Shown here: one piece after another, positions 9,605 to 19,111 of the stretch
Position numbering within the stretch: the first letter of the stretch is position 1
How the letters are laid out: each line of letters opens with the position of its first letter
From: Candidatus Nomurabacteria bacterium
GTDB lineage: Bacteria; Patescibacteriota; Minisyncoccia; Phycocordibacterales; UBA9973
Direction: 5' to 3'
Length of the DNA: 64,000 nt
NCBI GenBank assembly: GCA_026396015.1
Contig: JAPLXP010000011.1
Coordinates: 15,897-79,896, forward strand
Notes under the pieces: generated by a model
What the model was told of the DNA's origin: nothing
The model's input: the letters and a program-made list of their open reading frames with translations, nothing else
Database searches by the model: none
Made by a program: the position numbers and the translations under genes

Positions 9605-11008
9605 ATGGATCAGACTGTATTACAAATATTGCTACAAGTAAAAGATGAGGCATCGGACTCGATGCGAAAGTTTGGCTCGTCTTTAAAAGATGCCGAAGGA
9701 GCCTCCAAGGGTTTTGCCCTTGGTCTTCTTGGTGTTGGTGTAGCAGCAGTTGGATTTGGATACAGTGTTGTAAAAGCGGCAGCTGAAGCGCAGTCGCAGA
9801 TTGCAAGTATGGATGCAACGCTCCGCTCTATGGGAAAAGGCGGAGAGGAAGCACACGACTCAATCATAAAAATGTCTCAAGCGGCGGTACAGCTTGGCTT
9901 TGATGATGAAGATGCAGCAGTGAGCTTGGCGCGTTTGTATCAACGTACTGGTGATTTGACTGAAGCACAAAAACTAAATGCTACAGCAATGGATCTAGCT
10001 CGAGCAAAACATATAGAGCTATCAATGGCGAGCAGTCTCGTGGGTATGGTAATGAGTGGCAACAGTCGTGTGTTGAAACAATTCGGTATCGACATCAAAG
10101 ATAGTGCCACTCCGCTAGAAGCACTCGGGATATTGCAACAAAAAGTTGGAGGGCAAGCGCAGGCATTCGCGGGAGGATTCCAAGGACAGATGGCAGTGCT
10201 TTCTGTCACCTTTGAGAATTTTAAAGAATCACTAGGGGATCAGGTACTACCGGCACTTACAAAACTAGCGACTGCGGCAACAGACTTCATAGTAAACGTA
10301 CTTCCAAAATGGATTGATAAAGCAAAACAACTGATTGAATTCCTGAAAGGACACCCTGCTGTTATGTATGCGATTGCCGGAGCAATTATCGGAGCTCTGG
10401 TCCCTGCAGTATATGCAGCAGTAACGGCGTTTATAGCTGCTGCCGTGGCGCTCGCACCATTCATTATTGGTGGTGCAATCATCGGCGGAATTGTTGCAGG
10501 CGTTTTATGGGTCGTGGATCACTGGAGCATGCTGAAAGAAAAAGCAGTAGAGATTTTCACTGCGGTCAAAGACTTTTTCAAGAAAGTCTGGGATGACATC
10601 AAAAATGTTTTCAAAGAAGCAATCGATTGGCTGATGGGTCTTATTCAACCATTTCTAGACGCGATCAATAAAGTAATTGGTGGAGCAAAATCAGTAGGTT
10701 CGCTTGTTGGTAAAAGTATAAATGCTGTCGGGCAAGGTCTCACCAATGTCGGGCATGCTCTTGGATTTGCAGATGGTGGAATAATTACAAAGCCAACATT
10801 CGCAATGATGGGTGAGGCGGGAGCTGAAGCAGTGATACCTCTTGATCGTTTAAAAAGTCTAACTGGTGGAGGATCGGTAACAAATAACCAAAACATACTG
10901 AACCTAAATATCAACGCAAAGGTCGATAGCAAGATTGATATCAGAAAAATGGCGGAGGATATCAGCTCAGTCATTATGGGACAGCTTAAGGCAAGTCAAC
11001 GCATATGA
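9605..11008 (+). CDS. tail tape measure protein
   Basis: 467 aa. It has N-terminal coiled-coil segments and hydrophobic/Gly-Ala-rich helices in the middle (AIAGAIIGALVPAVYAAVTAFIAAAVALAPFIIGGAIIGGIVAGV). It is placed after the chaperone frameshift. Confidence 0.7.
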   Translation: MDQTVLQILLQVKDEASDSMRKFGSSLKDAEGASKGFALGLLGVGVAAVGFGYSVVKAAAEAQSQIASMDATLRSMGKGGEEAHDSIIKMSQAAVQLGFDDEDAAVSLARLYQRTGDLTEAQKLNATAMDLARAKHIELSMASSLVGMVMSGNSRVLKQFGIDIKDSATPLEALGILQQKVGGQAQAFAGGFQGQMAVLSVTFENFKESLGDQVLPALTKLATAATDFIVNVLPKWIDKAKQLIEFLKGHPAVMYAIAGAIIGALVPAVYAAVTAFIAAAVALAPFIIGGAIIGGIVAGVLWVVDHWSMLKEKAVEIFTAVKDFFKKVWDDIKNVFKEAIDWLMGLIQPFLDAINKVIGGAKSVGSLVGKSINAVGQGLTNVGHALGFADGGIITKPTFAMMGEAGAEAVIPLDRLKSLTGGGSVTNNQNILNLNINAKVDSKIDIRKMAEDISSVIMGQLKASQRI

Positions 11009-12495
11009 TAATCCTTAAAATAAATGGTACAGATAGGTCTTCACTTATTGAAAGAGACACTCTGCAAATAGACCAGATACTCACATCACAGGCAGACACG
11101 GCTGTCTTTAAGTATCGTAAATATGGAAGTAGAACCTTGGTCCCTGCAGTCGGCGATGACATAGGCATATACCAAAACACAACGAAGATATTCGGTGGCA
11201 CGATAACCTCAATAAAAGAGACAGAAATAAACTCAGCCGACGGACTACTCTATGAAGTGAGTGCTGTTGATTACACGTTTCTTCTTGATAGTAAATTGGT
11301 GAGCGAAACATATGCCAACCAAACTGTCGCATACATCATAAATGACATTCTCACGAAATATACTTCAGGTTTTACCTCAGTGAACGCATCAAGCACTTTC
11401 ACGATCACAAAAATTGTGTTCAATCAGATTCCAGCGAGTCAATGTATCAAACGTCTTGCGGATGTACTTCGTTATGACTGGTATATAGACGAAAATAAAG
11501 ACGTTCACTTTTTCTCAAAATTCACCAACAGTGCTCCCTATGATCTCACTGATACAAGTGGCAACTACGTCAACCAATCTCTTGAGCGTCAGATTGATGG
11601 CACGCAACTTGCTAACACGGTAAAGGTTCGTGGCGGTGAATATGACGGCGCGACATACACCGACAAAATTACAGTAAAAGGAAGCAACACAAAATCATTT
11701 CTACTCCCTTATAGGTTTTCAAATCTTGTGATCACTTTGAATGCTGTGAGTAAAACAGTAGGTATTGATAACATCGATGACTTCTCGACAAAAGATGTCC
11801 TGTATAACTTTGCCGAAAAAACAATCAGGTGGAATGCCGTACTTACCGATGGCGATCTCATCCAGTATTCGGGTAACCCAAAAATACCAGTCCTTGCAAT
11901 TGCGAGCGATCCCGCTTCGATAGCTCTCTATGGTGCAAAAGAAAAGTTGATACGCGATACAAGCATCCAAGACCTTACTGTTGCCCGTAAACGAGCCTCT
12001 GCTGAGGTGGATACATACAAAGATGCAATCAATCAAGGAACTTTCGAGACATACACAGCGGGCTTGCGTACAGGCATGGTTATAAACATTACGAGTACAC
12101 GCAGAAACATAAATACAGATTTCATTATAAGCAAAGTCACATTCAAGGCTCGAACTCTCAATGATTTTACATACTCTGTTGATCTTGTAACAACCAGACA
12201 ATTCGGTCTCATAGAACTTTTACAACAGCTCTTATTACCAGATCCTCGACAAGCTGATGATACGGAAGTAGCCGAAACCATAAAGACTGATACTGCTGAA
12301 GTGACGATTGATGAACTTATTTCCGTACTCTCTCCCTATCAAGATTTTGTAGTAGTCACTATTGCAGAAAACATTCTCAATGATCCGCTCGGCGCAGGTA
12401 TAGAGCCGACGTGGGTACTTGGTAATTACACACCGACAGCTCAGACAGATACCAAGCGCATGGGTCGTTTAGATTATTCGTTAAAAGTTTATTAA
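11005..12495 (+). CDS. distal tail / tail tip component
   Basis: 496-aa ORF overlapping the tape-measure stop by 4 nt. Confidence 0.5.
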   Translation: MIILKINGTDRSSLIERDTLQIDQILTSQADTAVFKYRKYGSRTLVPAVGDDIGIYQNTTKIFGGTITSIKETEINSADGLLYEVSAVDYTFLLDSKLVSETYANQTVAYIINDILTKYTSGFTSVNASSTFTITKIVFNQIPASQCIKRLADVLRYDWYIDENKDVHFFSKFTNSAPYDLTDTSGNYVNQSLERQIDGTQLANTVKVRGGEYDGATYTDKITVKGSNTKSFLLPYRFSNLVITLNAVSKTVGIDNIDDFSTKDVLYNFAEKTIRWNAVLTDGDLIQYSGNPKIPVLAIASDPASIALYGAKEKLIRDTSIQDLTVARKRASAEVDTYKDAINQGTFETYTAGLRTGMVINITSTRRNINTDFIISKVTFKARTLNDFTYSVDLVTTRQFGLIELLQQLLLPDPRQADDTEVAETIKTDTAEVTIDELISVLSPYQDFVVVTIAENILNDPLGAGIEPTWVLGNYTPTAQTDTKRMGRLDYSLKVY

Positions 12496-12501
12496 ACATA
12501 T

Positions 12502-13053
12502 ATGAATTTAAAAAGTGAAATGACAATCAAAGTAAACATAGACACGTTCGTTCTCGCAGAATGGGTGAGTGAAGTAGGGAAAGAAATAGCGATGCTTCGT
12601 GAATATGTGAAGACAGGTAAAAAAAGTATTTTGTCTGTTCTCAGAAAGACCGGAGCGCTTATCAAGCATTCACATCGACACAACTTGATCACCACTGCGG
12701 GGAGAACGGTACTCGCTCGCAGAATTGCAGGAAATACTACATACACAGGCGCAATCAATTATGGATTACTCGGTATGCAAGCAAGTCCGGTCCCTGCGAA
12801 TAGCAGTACACAACTTGGCACTGAAGTCTTTCGTAAACTTGCCGCAAGTCAAACATTCGATAACAACATCGCGTATGTAGATTTTTTCTACACAGCCGGC
12901 GATACAAACGGAACATATACAGAGTTTGGAAATGTGATTGATGGGACAGCAACTGTAAACACCGGGCAGTTGTTTTCTTACGTCGCAACTGGTGGTTGGG
13001 TGAAGTCGAACGCCCAGAGTCTTTTTGTCAGCTGTAAATATACCGTAAGTTAA
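12502..13053 (+). CDS. tail-associated hypothetical protein
   Basis: 183-aa ORF in the tail module. Confidence 0.45.
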   Translation: MNLKSEMTIKVNIDTFVLAEWVSEVGKEIAMLREYVKTGKKSILSVLRKTGALIKHSHRHNLITTAGRTVLARRIAGNTTYTGAINYGLLGMQASPVPANSSTQLGTEVFRKLAASQTFDNNIAYVDFFYTAGDTNGTYTEFGNVIDGTATVNTGQLFSYVATGGWVKSNAQSLFVSCKYTVS

Positions 13054-13054
13054 T

Positions 13055-14179
13055 ATGAAAACTTGGAACGCAGGCGAGATTGTTCTCGCATCAGATTTGA
13101 ATGGAAATTTTATAGAAGCTAGACAGTTTCTATTTGGAGATGGTTCTGACGGTGATGTTACGATTTCAAGTAACACAGGATTGTCTCGAGATATGTACTA
13201 CAACAACCTGACTATTCAGACAGGCGTTGTTTTGAATTCAGCAGGATATAAAATTCACGTCAAAGCAACTCTTACTCAGCAAGGTACAGGCAAGATTGGT
13301 AGATCAGGAAATAATGCAAGCACTGGAAATACAGGTGGAAGCGCAAACAATGGATCAGGAAATAACTCTGTCGCAGGTGGAGCAGGTGGCTCTGGTGTCG
13401 GAGACGGAACACTCAAAGGGTCCGCAGCAGGAAAAAATGGAGCAAGTAGTGGAGGTGGGGGTGGAAATGGAAGTGGTGGATCATCTGGCAGTGCTGGCAC
13501 AACTGGCGATGCAAAATCATCCTGTATTGGAAGTAACGGTGCCGGTGGTGGCAATGGGGGTAACGGTGGCAATGCTACAAACTACGGTGGTGGGGGCGGA
13601 GGTGGTGCAAGCTCGGGAGGTACTGCAACAGGTGCAACCACAAAGCCTCGCAATCTTGTAAACGCCGAATTGATGGTGGATTTTGTGCTTGGAGTAGCAA
13701 CTCCCTATGAAGCAAATGCGGGTAGTGGCTCAGGTGGTGGAGGTGGAGGAGGCGGGGGATTCAATACTGGCCAACCACAATGGAACTATGGCGCAGCCGG
13801 AGGTGGAGGTGGTGGATCTGGATCACACGCTGGGAACTTCTTCATTGCTGCAAAAAATATCGTGATGAGTGGAAGCGGTAATCTTTTTGAATTCATCGGA
13901 GGCGTTGGAGGTAATGGTGGAAATGGGGGAAACGCTGCCGGTGCGACTGGCTCAGTTGGAGGTGCCGGCGGAGGTGGTGGAGCAGGTGCGGGAGGCAATG
14001 GAGGTTCAGGTGTTCTTATTTACGAATCACTCACTGGGACGCTTGCGTACTCACTTGCAGGTGGAGCAGCAGGAACAGTCGGATCAAGTGGCTCTCCTTC
14101 TGCCGGAGGTGGAGCGGGAGCTAACGGTGCCGCAGGTTCTGTCGGAAATGCAGGCACACTTTATACATTTAGTGTTTAA
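13055..14179 (+). CDS. glycine-rich tail fibre / receptor-binding protein with GGNGGN-type low-complexity repeats
   Basis: 374 aa. A conserved N-terminal segment (MKTWNAGEIVLASDLNGNF) is followed by long GGxGG tracts. GC-rich repeats generate spurious ORFs on both strands. Confidence 0.6.
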   Translation: MKTWNAGEIVLASDLNGNFIEARQFLFGDGSDGDVTISSNTGLSRDMYYNNLTIQTGVVLNSAGYKIHVKATLTQQGTGKIGRSGNNASTGNTGGSANNGSGNNSVAGGAGGSGVGDGTLKGSAAGKNGASSGGGGGNGSGGSSGSAGTTGDAKSSCIGSNGAGGGNGGNGGNATNYGGGGGGGASSGGTATGATTKPRNLVNAELMVDFVLGVATPYEANAGSGSGGGGGGGGGFNTGQPQWNYGAAGGGGGGSGSHAGNFFIAAKNIVMSGSGNLFEFIGGVGGNGGNGGNAAGATGSVGGAGGGGGAGAGGNGGSGVLIYESLTGTLAYSLAGGAAGTVGSSGSPSAGGGAGANGAAGSVGNAGTLYTFSV

Positions 14180-14184
14180 AAATT

Positions 14185-14616
14185 ATGGAATCACAAACAT
14201 ACGAAATCAAATGTTCAAAATGCGAAAAAATAGTAGGTCAAAGCTCAATCGAGAATCACAACGGTTTTATTTGTCAGACCTGTGATGACGAAACTCAACT
14301 GACAAATGCTCTTGCGGATGGGAAAAATTATGATCCAACAAATCTTGTGGATGAACGTCCAGAAAAATTTCAAGAAATAATCAAGAAAGCATTGTTTCAA
14401 AATCCATCTGCTTTGCTTTCTCTTAACTTCCATGAAGTCATCGAAGATGCAAAGAAAGAAATTCAAACAACCCTAGGGTTAGATGAACTTGATCATGCAC
14501 AAAAGGTCGAGCTTCTGCAAAAGATTGGAGATGAGGGTGATATCGTCGAAATGAGCGATCAGGATTTAAAAAATAAAGTGGACGTTGAAAAGAAAATACT
14601 TTCTGAGAAAAAATGA
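14185..14616 (+). CDS. zinc-ribbon protein (CxxC...CxxC)
   Basis: 143 aa. It reads CSKCEKIVGQ...FICQTCDDE in the N-terminus and has an acidic C-terminus. It lies between the fibre and holin genes. Confidence 0.45.
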   Translation: MESQTYEIKCSKCEKIVGQSSIENHNGFICQTCDDETQLTNALADGKNYDPTNLVDERPEKFQEIIKKALFQNPSALLSLNFHEVIEDAKKEIQTTLGLDELDHAQKVELLQKIGDEGDIVEMSDQDLKNKVDVEKKILSEKK

Positions 14617-14879
14617 ACCCCGAACAATTCGAACAACTTCAAATAACCATTTCAAAACAGATTGAAATTACTGTTAATGGAAAAATCGACAATCTAAATA
14701 AGAAGGTCGACGACTACATCAAATCTGACAATGAGTGGAAGGATCGCGCCCAGCCAACAATAGAGCTCGGGACGAATGTTCGAGGATTCGGAAAGGTCTT
14801 TGCGTATCTCATAGGAACTGCGGCGGCGGTCGGAGGACTGTTCGCCTTGTTTGAGAGCTTATTCAAAGGCAAAAATTAA
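14613..14879 (+). CDS. putative holin
   Basis: 88 aa. It has a C-terminal hydrophobic helix (VFAYLIGTAAAVGGLFALFESLF), overlaps the upstream gene by 4 nt, and lies directly upstream of the amidase. Confidence 0.45.
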   Translation: MNPEQFEQLQITISKQIEITVNGKIDNLNKKVDDYIKSDNEWKDRAQPTIELGTNVRGFGKVFAYLIGTAAAVGGLFALFESLFKGKN

Positions 14880-14908
14880 AAGATTAATAAAAATAAGTTA
14901 AAAAATAT

Positions 14909-15514
14909 ATGAATATACCATTTACACAAACACCCAACTACGCAACAGGTCCCACTAAGAAGTTAGTTGTAGTGCTCCATCTCACTCTCGGTGCATATAA
15001 CGGAGCTGTCTCATGGCTCTGTAATGGCAACAGACCAAACAGAACTTCTGCCCATTATGTCATTGGAAGAAATGAGGGCGAGAACATTCAACTTGTCAAA
15101 AACACTGACATCGCATGGCACGCCGGTAATGTCAGCAATCCAAATGACAGAGCTAAAAAAGTCATGCTGAAAAATCTTGACGGAACGTACGTGAATCCGA
15201 ATCAATACTGCATCGGCATTGAACTCGCAGCCGGATATGACGTGGATCAAGATGGCACAGTCGAGCCAAATGAAAGTGATATCACAGAATGGCAATACAA
15301 AGCACTCGCAGAGCTGGTGCAATCATTATCAGCAGATGTATCGCTTGGATTTATACTCGATGAAAAAAATATCATTATTCATGGCGACATTGCCGACTAC
15401 AAAGAAAAGCCAGAGATCGTTCGCACCAATCTTCTTGCTCGCCTATTTCCAAATAGACAACCGAGCAAGGACTCAATAAAATCACAAATTATTAGCCTCA
15501 TAAATCAACTTTAA
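14909..15514 (+). CDS. N-acetylmuramoyl-L-alanine amidase (amidase_2/PGRP-type endolysin)
   Basis: 201 aa. It reads AHYVIGRNEGENIQLVKNTDIAWHAGN, characteristic of the T7-lysozyme-like amidase_2 fold. Confidence 0.75.
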   Translation: MNIPFTQTPNYATGPTKKLVVVLHLTLGAYNGAVSWLCNGNRPNRTSAHYVIGRNEGENIQLVKNTDIAWHAGNVSNPNDRAKKVMLKNLDGTYVNPNQYCIGIELAAGYDVDQDGTVEPNESDITEWQYKALAELVQSLSADVSLGFILDEKNIIIHGDIADYKEKPEIVRTNLLARLFPNRQPSKDSIKSQIISLINQL

Positions 15515-15518
15515 TTCT

Positions 15519-15695
15519 ATGCAAATTTACCAATCAGCTTCAAAAATTGTTTTTATTCTCATGGCAGTCGCAACCATCGCGGGCATGCTTATCGGGAAGA
15601 TCGATGCCAAGGATTTCTTGACCCTAGCATCGATGGCATTCGCTTTTTACTTTGCCAATAAGGGGGATGGAAGCCAGCCATTCGCCGGTAAGTAG
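15519..15695 (+). CDS. small membrane protein (58 aa, 2 predicted TM helices), absent from the ORF track
   Basis: Hand translation: MQIYQSASKIVFILMAVATIAGMLIGKIDAKDFLTLASMAFAFYFANKGDGSQPFAGK*. Confidence 0.4.
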   Translation: MQIYQSASKIVFILMAVATIAGMLIGKIDAKDFLTLASMAFAFYFANKGDGSQPFAGK

Positions 15696-15776
15696 CTAGG
15701 TTTTCCACAGGCATTGACGCTTGCTCTATATACAACTATGTGATACTATCTACTATATAGCTTATATTAGATACGT

Positions 15777-16841
15777 ATGAACGATCACACAGACAAATTT
15801 GATAAGAGAATTAAAAGCCCAGAGCCACATATTGTGGCTATTTTGGCTGAAATTGACGGCATAAGAGGGGAATTCAAGTCAGGACTTCGTATGACACCAC
15901 AAGCGATAACCAGCCTCAAAAAGTCTGTTTTGGTGACTTCAGCCGGAGCGTCTACTCGTATCGAGGGGTCAAAATTAAACGACGAGGAGGTGCAAGAAAT
16001 TCTCAGTAAACTTTCAATCTCAAAATTCTCCGATCGTGATTCGCAAGAAGTACAGGGTTACCTCGAGACATTACAAAATGTATTCGACAGCTACCAAGCA
16101 TTGCCACTTCGTGAAGGTGTGATTACTTCACTTCATAATGAATTGATGAAGTATTCCGACAAAGATAAACTCCACAAAGGGAGCTATAAAAAACAGGAAA
16201 ATCTTGTTGGTGTTGCCAATGACAAAGGTGAAGTAACTAAAATTATATTCGAAACTACACCTGCGTGGCTTGCACCGAAGGAAATGACTGAGATTGTTGA
16301 TTGGTCATTTGATGCATTAGAGAAAAATAGATTCCATCCACTGCTTGTCATCGCAAATTTCCTCGTGGAGTTTTTGAAGATTCACCCATTCCAAGATGGA
16401 AACGGTCGTATGTCTCGTGTCCTCACGAACATGCTTCTTTTGCGATCAGGATACCAATTCGTAGAGTACGTCTCACATGAGCAGATTGTTGAGCGAAGAA
16501 AAGATGAATACTATCTTGCACTCCGAAAATCTCAAGAATCGTTCAAAACAGAACACGATACCATCGCACCATGGCTTAATTACTTCCTATCAGTAGTGAA
16601 GGAGCAGGCAACAAAAGCACTCGTATACCTTGAAGAAGAAAAGTTCGAAGATGTACTATCACCAAAACAATACGAAGTATGGAAGTACCTCTCGGGTGTC
16701 GGTGAAGCAAGTCCGGCAGAAATTACCAAAGAGACCGGTATTCTTATTGCAACGGTCAGACAATCACTCCTGCGATTAATGGAGCTAGGTAAGGTAAAAC
16801 GTACCGGTCGAGGTCCGCAAACTAGATATGTAAAAATATAA
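15777..16841 (+). CDS. class II Fic-domain AMPylator with N-terminal autoinhibitory helix and C-terminal winged HTH
   Basis: 354 aa. The Fic motif HPFQDGNGR is present. The upstream inhibitory motif STRIEG fits (S/T)xxxE(G/N). The C-terminal wHTH reads ATVRQSLLRLMELGKV. Confidence 0.85.
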   Translation: MNDHTDKFDKRIKSPEPHIVAILAEIDGIRGEFKSGLRMTPQAITSLKKSVLVTSAGASTRIEGSKLNDEEVQEILSKLSISKFSDRDSQEVQGYLETLQNVFDSYQALPLREGVITSLHNELMKYSDKDKLHKGSYKKQENLVGVANDKGEVTKIIFETTPAWLAPKEMTEIVDWSFDALEKNRFHPLLVIANFLVEFLKIHPFQDGNGRMSRVLTNMLLLRSGYQFVEYVSHEQIVERRKDEYYLALRKSQESFKTEHDTIAPWLNYFLSVVKEQATKALVYLEEEKFEDVLSPKQYEVWKYLSGVGEASPAEITKETGILIATVRQSLLRLMELGKVKRTGRGPQTRYVKI

Positions 16842-16845
16842 ATTT

Positions 16846-19107
16846 ATGGCACTACCAGATAACGAAAAACGAGACATTATAAAATACATTGAAGCCGACA
16901 AGCCATTGCCGGATAAATACCGCTTTCAACTTTTTGAAGATAAGCGTGAAGTTGAGCTTGTGTGGAATGGAAAAACAAATGATGTCACAAATGTCGTTCT
17001 CCCTTTTCAAATCATTGAGCAGATTGATGAGCCAAGAAGTGAGAAAGAAATAAAACTCCAAGCAACACTTTTTGATATTGATACTCGTGGCCGACAACTA
17101 AAAGGTTGGACGAATAAACTTATCTGGGGTGACAACAAATTGATTCTTTCAAGCCTCAAGAATGGTCCACTTCGACAAGAAATTGAGGAGCAAGGAGGTA
17201 TCAAGCTAATTTATATAGATCCACCTTTTGACGTAGGTGCTGATTTTTCAATGGATATAGAAATCGGGGACGAAGCTTTTACAAAACAACCATCGGTACT
17301 AGAAGAACTTGCTTATCGTGATACGTGGGGTAAGGGAGCTGATAGCTTTATCGCTATGATTTATGAACGTCTTCTATTAATGAGAGATCTCTTAGCACCT
17401 GAAGGAAGTATATTTGTGCATTGCGACACTCGCGTGAATAGTTACATACGCTTAGTCTTAGAGGAAATTTTTGGTAACGATAATTTTCACAACGAAATTG
17501 TCTGGCAAAGGAGTTCTAGTGGTAAAACCATTTCAAAAAATCTTTCAAGAGATACAGATACGATATTTTGGTACTCAAAATCTAATGACTACATAATAAA
17601 TTCGGTTTACCAGCCTCTCTCCGATACCACCATTGCCATGTACAGCATGGATGATAAAGATGGTAGAGGAAAATATCGTTTATACCCACTTCAAAAAACA
17701 GGAAGCCCGGGACCAGAAACAACATATGAATACGAAGATAATACCGGCAAAATGTGGAAGTGTCCTAAAAAAGGATGGAGGATGAGATTTCAAAAACTAA
17801 AAGCTTTGGAAAATGACGGAAGACTCTATTTTGAGGGCAATACTTTAGCTGAGAAAGCATACTGGAATGAGCGTGAAAATGAAGGAAGACTAGCTAATAA
17901 TTTATGGAATGATATATCTAATTTACAAGGATCTACTCCAGAGATTCTTGGTTATCCTACCCAAAAACCAGAGAAATTGTTGGAAAGAATTATTACCATG
18001 TCAACAAATAAGGACGATTTAGTGGCAGATTTTTTCTGTGGATCTGGTACTACACTAGCTGTTGCTGAAAAACTTGGACGTAAATGGATAGGATCTGACC
18101 TTGGTAAATTTGGAATCCATACTACTCGTAAGCGTATGATTGGAGTGCAACGCCAACTTAAAAAGGAAGACAAAAATTATCGAGCATTTGAAATTCTTAA
18201 TCTTGGTAAGTATGAGCGTCAACATTATATTGGTGTAAATACGAATCTTCGAGAAGAAGAAAAACAAAAACAGCTTGCTCAAAAAGAAAAAGATTTTGTA
18301 TCTCTCGTTTTATCAGCTTATAAGGCTGAGGAATGTGAAGGATTCAAAACTTTCTACGGAAAAAAGAATTCTCGACTAGTCGCAATTGGTCCTATAAATT
18401 TACCCCTTTCACGACTCTTTGTGGAAGAAGTGATAAAAGAATGCCAAGAAAAGCAGATCACAAAAGTTGATATTCTCGCTTTTGAATTTGAGATGGGCTT
18501 GTTTCCAAATATTCAGGAAGAAGCAAAAGACAAAGGTATTGATTTAGGACTTAAATACATACCTAGAGACGTTTTTGATAAGCGAGCAATCGAAAAGAAT
18601 CAAGTAGTTTTCAATGATGTTTCTTATATTGAAGTTAAACCAATTGTTAAGAAACGATCGGTAGCAATTGAGCTAGTTGATTTTTCTGTTTTTTATAACC
18701 AAGATTCCCTAAAAGAAGTTGAGGAAAACTTAAAAGCCGGTGGCAAAAAGCTTTTAATTGAAAATGGACAAATCATTAAAATTTCTAAAGATAAAGATGG
18801 TATTCTTGAGCGAGAAATTTTAACCAAGAAATGGACTGATTGGATCGATTATTGGGCCATTGACTTCAACTTTGAAAGTAAAAAGGAAATAATCGGCATT
18901 AAAGATAAAAGTGGGGAAGTGCAAGAATTCTGGACTGGTGACTATGTCTTTGAGAATGAATGGCAATCTTTTCGTACAAAAAAAGATCGCGGTTTAGAGA
19001 TGATAAGCATCGCGCGAGAATTGGAATCAGGTAAAAGAAAAATTGCAATCAAGGTCGTCGACATATTCGGTAACGATACGATGAAAATCATCGAGATCAC
19101 AGTATAA
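16846..19107 (+). CDS. mod: type III restriction-modification Mod subunit (N6-adenine DNA methyltransferase, beta-class motif order)
   Basis: 753 aa. Motif IV DPPF (IYIDPPFDV) precedes motif I FxGSGT (DFFCGSGTTLAVAE). There is a 4-bp gap to the res helicase gene. Confidence 0.8.
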   Translation: MALPDNEKRDIIKYIEADKPLPDKYRFQLFEDKREVELVWNGKTNDVTNVVLPFQIIEQIDEPRSEKEIKLQATLFDIDTRGRQLKGWTNKLIWGDNKLILSSLKNGPLRQEIEEQGGIKLIYIDPPFDVGADFSMDIEIGDEAFTKQPSVLEELAYRDTWGKGADSFIAMIYERLLLMRDLLAPEGSIFVHCDTRVNSYIRLVLEEIFGNDNFHNEIVWQRSSSGKTISKNLSRDTDTIFWYSKSNDYIINSVYQPLSDTTIAMYSMDDKDGRGKYRLYPLQKTGSPGPETTYEYEDNTGKMWKCPKKGWRMRFQKLKALENDGRLYFEGNTLAEKAYWNERENEGRLANNLWNDISNLQGSTPEILGYPTQKPEKLLERIITMSTNKDDLVADFFCGSGTTLAVAEKLGRKWIGSDLGKFGIHTTRKRMIGVQRQLKKEDKNYRAFEILNLGKYERQHYIGVNTNLREEEKQKQLAQKEKDFVSLVLSAYKAEECEGFKTFYGKKNSRLVAIGPINLPLSRLFVEEVIKECQEKQITKVDILAFEFEMGLFPNIQEEAKDKGIDLGLKYIPRDVFDKRAIEKNQVVFNDVSYIEVKPIVKKRSVAIELVDFSVFYNQDSLKEVEENLKAGGKKLLIENGQIIKISKDKDGILEREILTKKWTDWIDYWAIDFNFESKKEIIGIKDKSGEVQEFWTGDYVFENEWQSFRTKKDRGLEMISIARELESGKRKIAIKVVDIFGNDTMKIIEITV

Positions 19108-19111
19108 ATTT

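Noticed and set aside
13276-13998. Several ORFs on both strands (13276..13572 -, 13296..13661 +, 13786..13998 -) inside the Gly-rich fibre gene.
   Set aside because: These are artefacts of GC-rich GGN repeats, which lack stop codons in multiple frames. Their translations are Pro/Ala or Val/Glu low-complexity runs.
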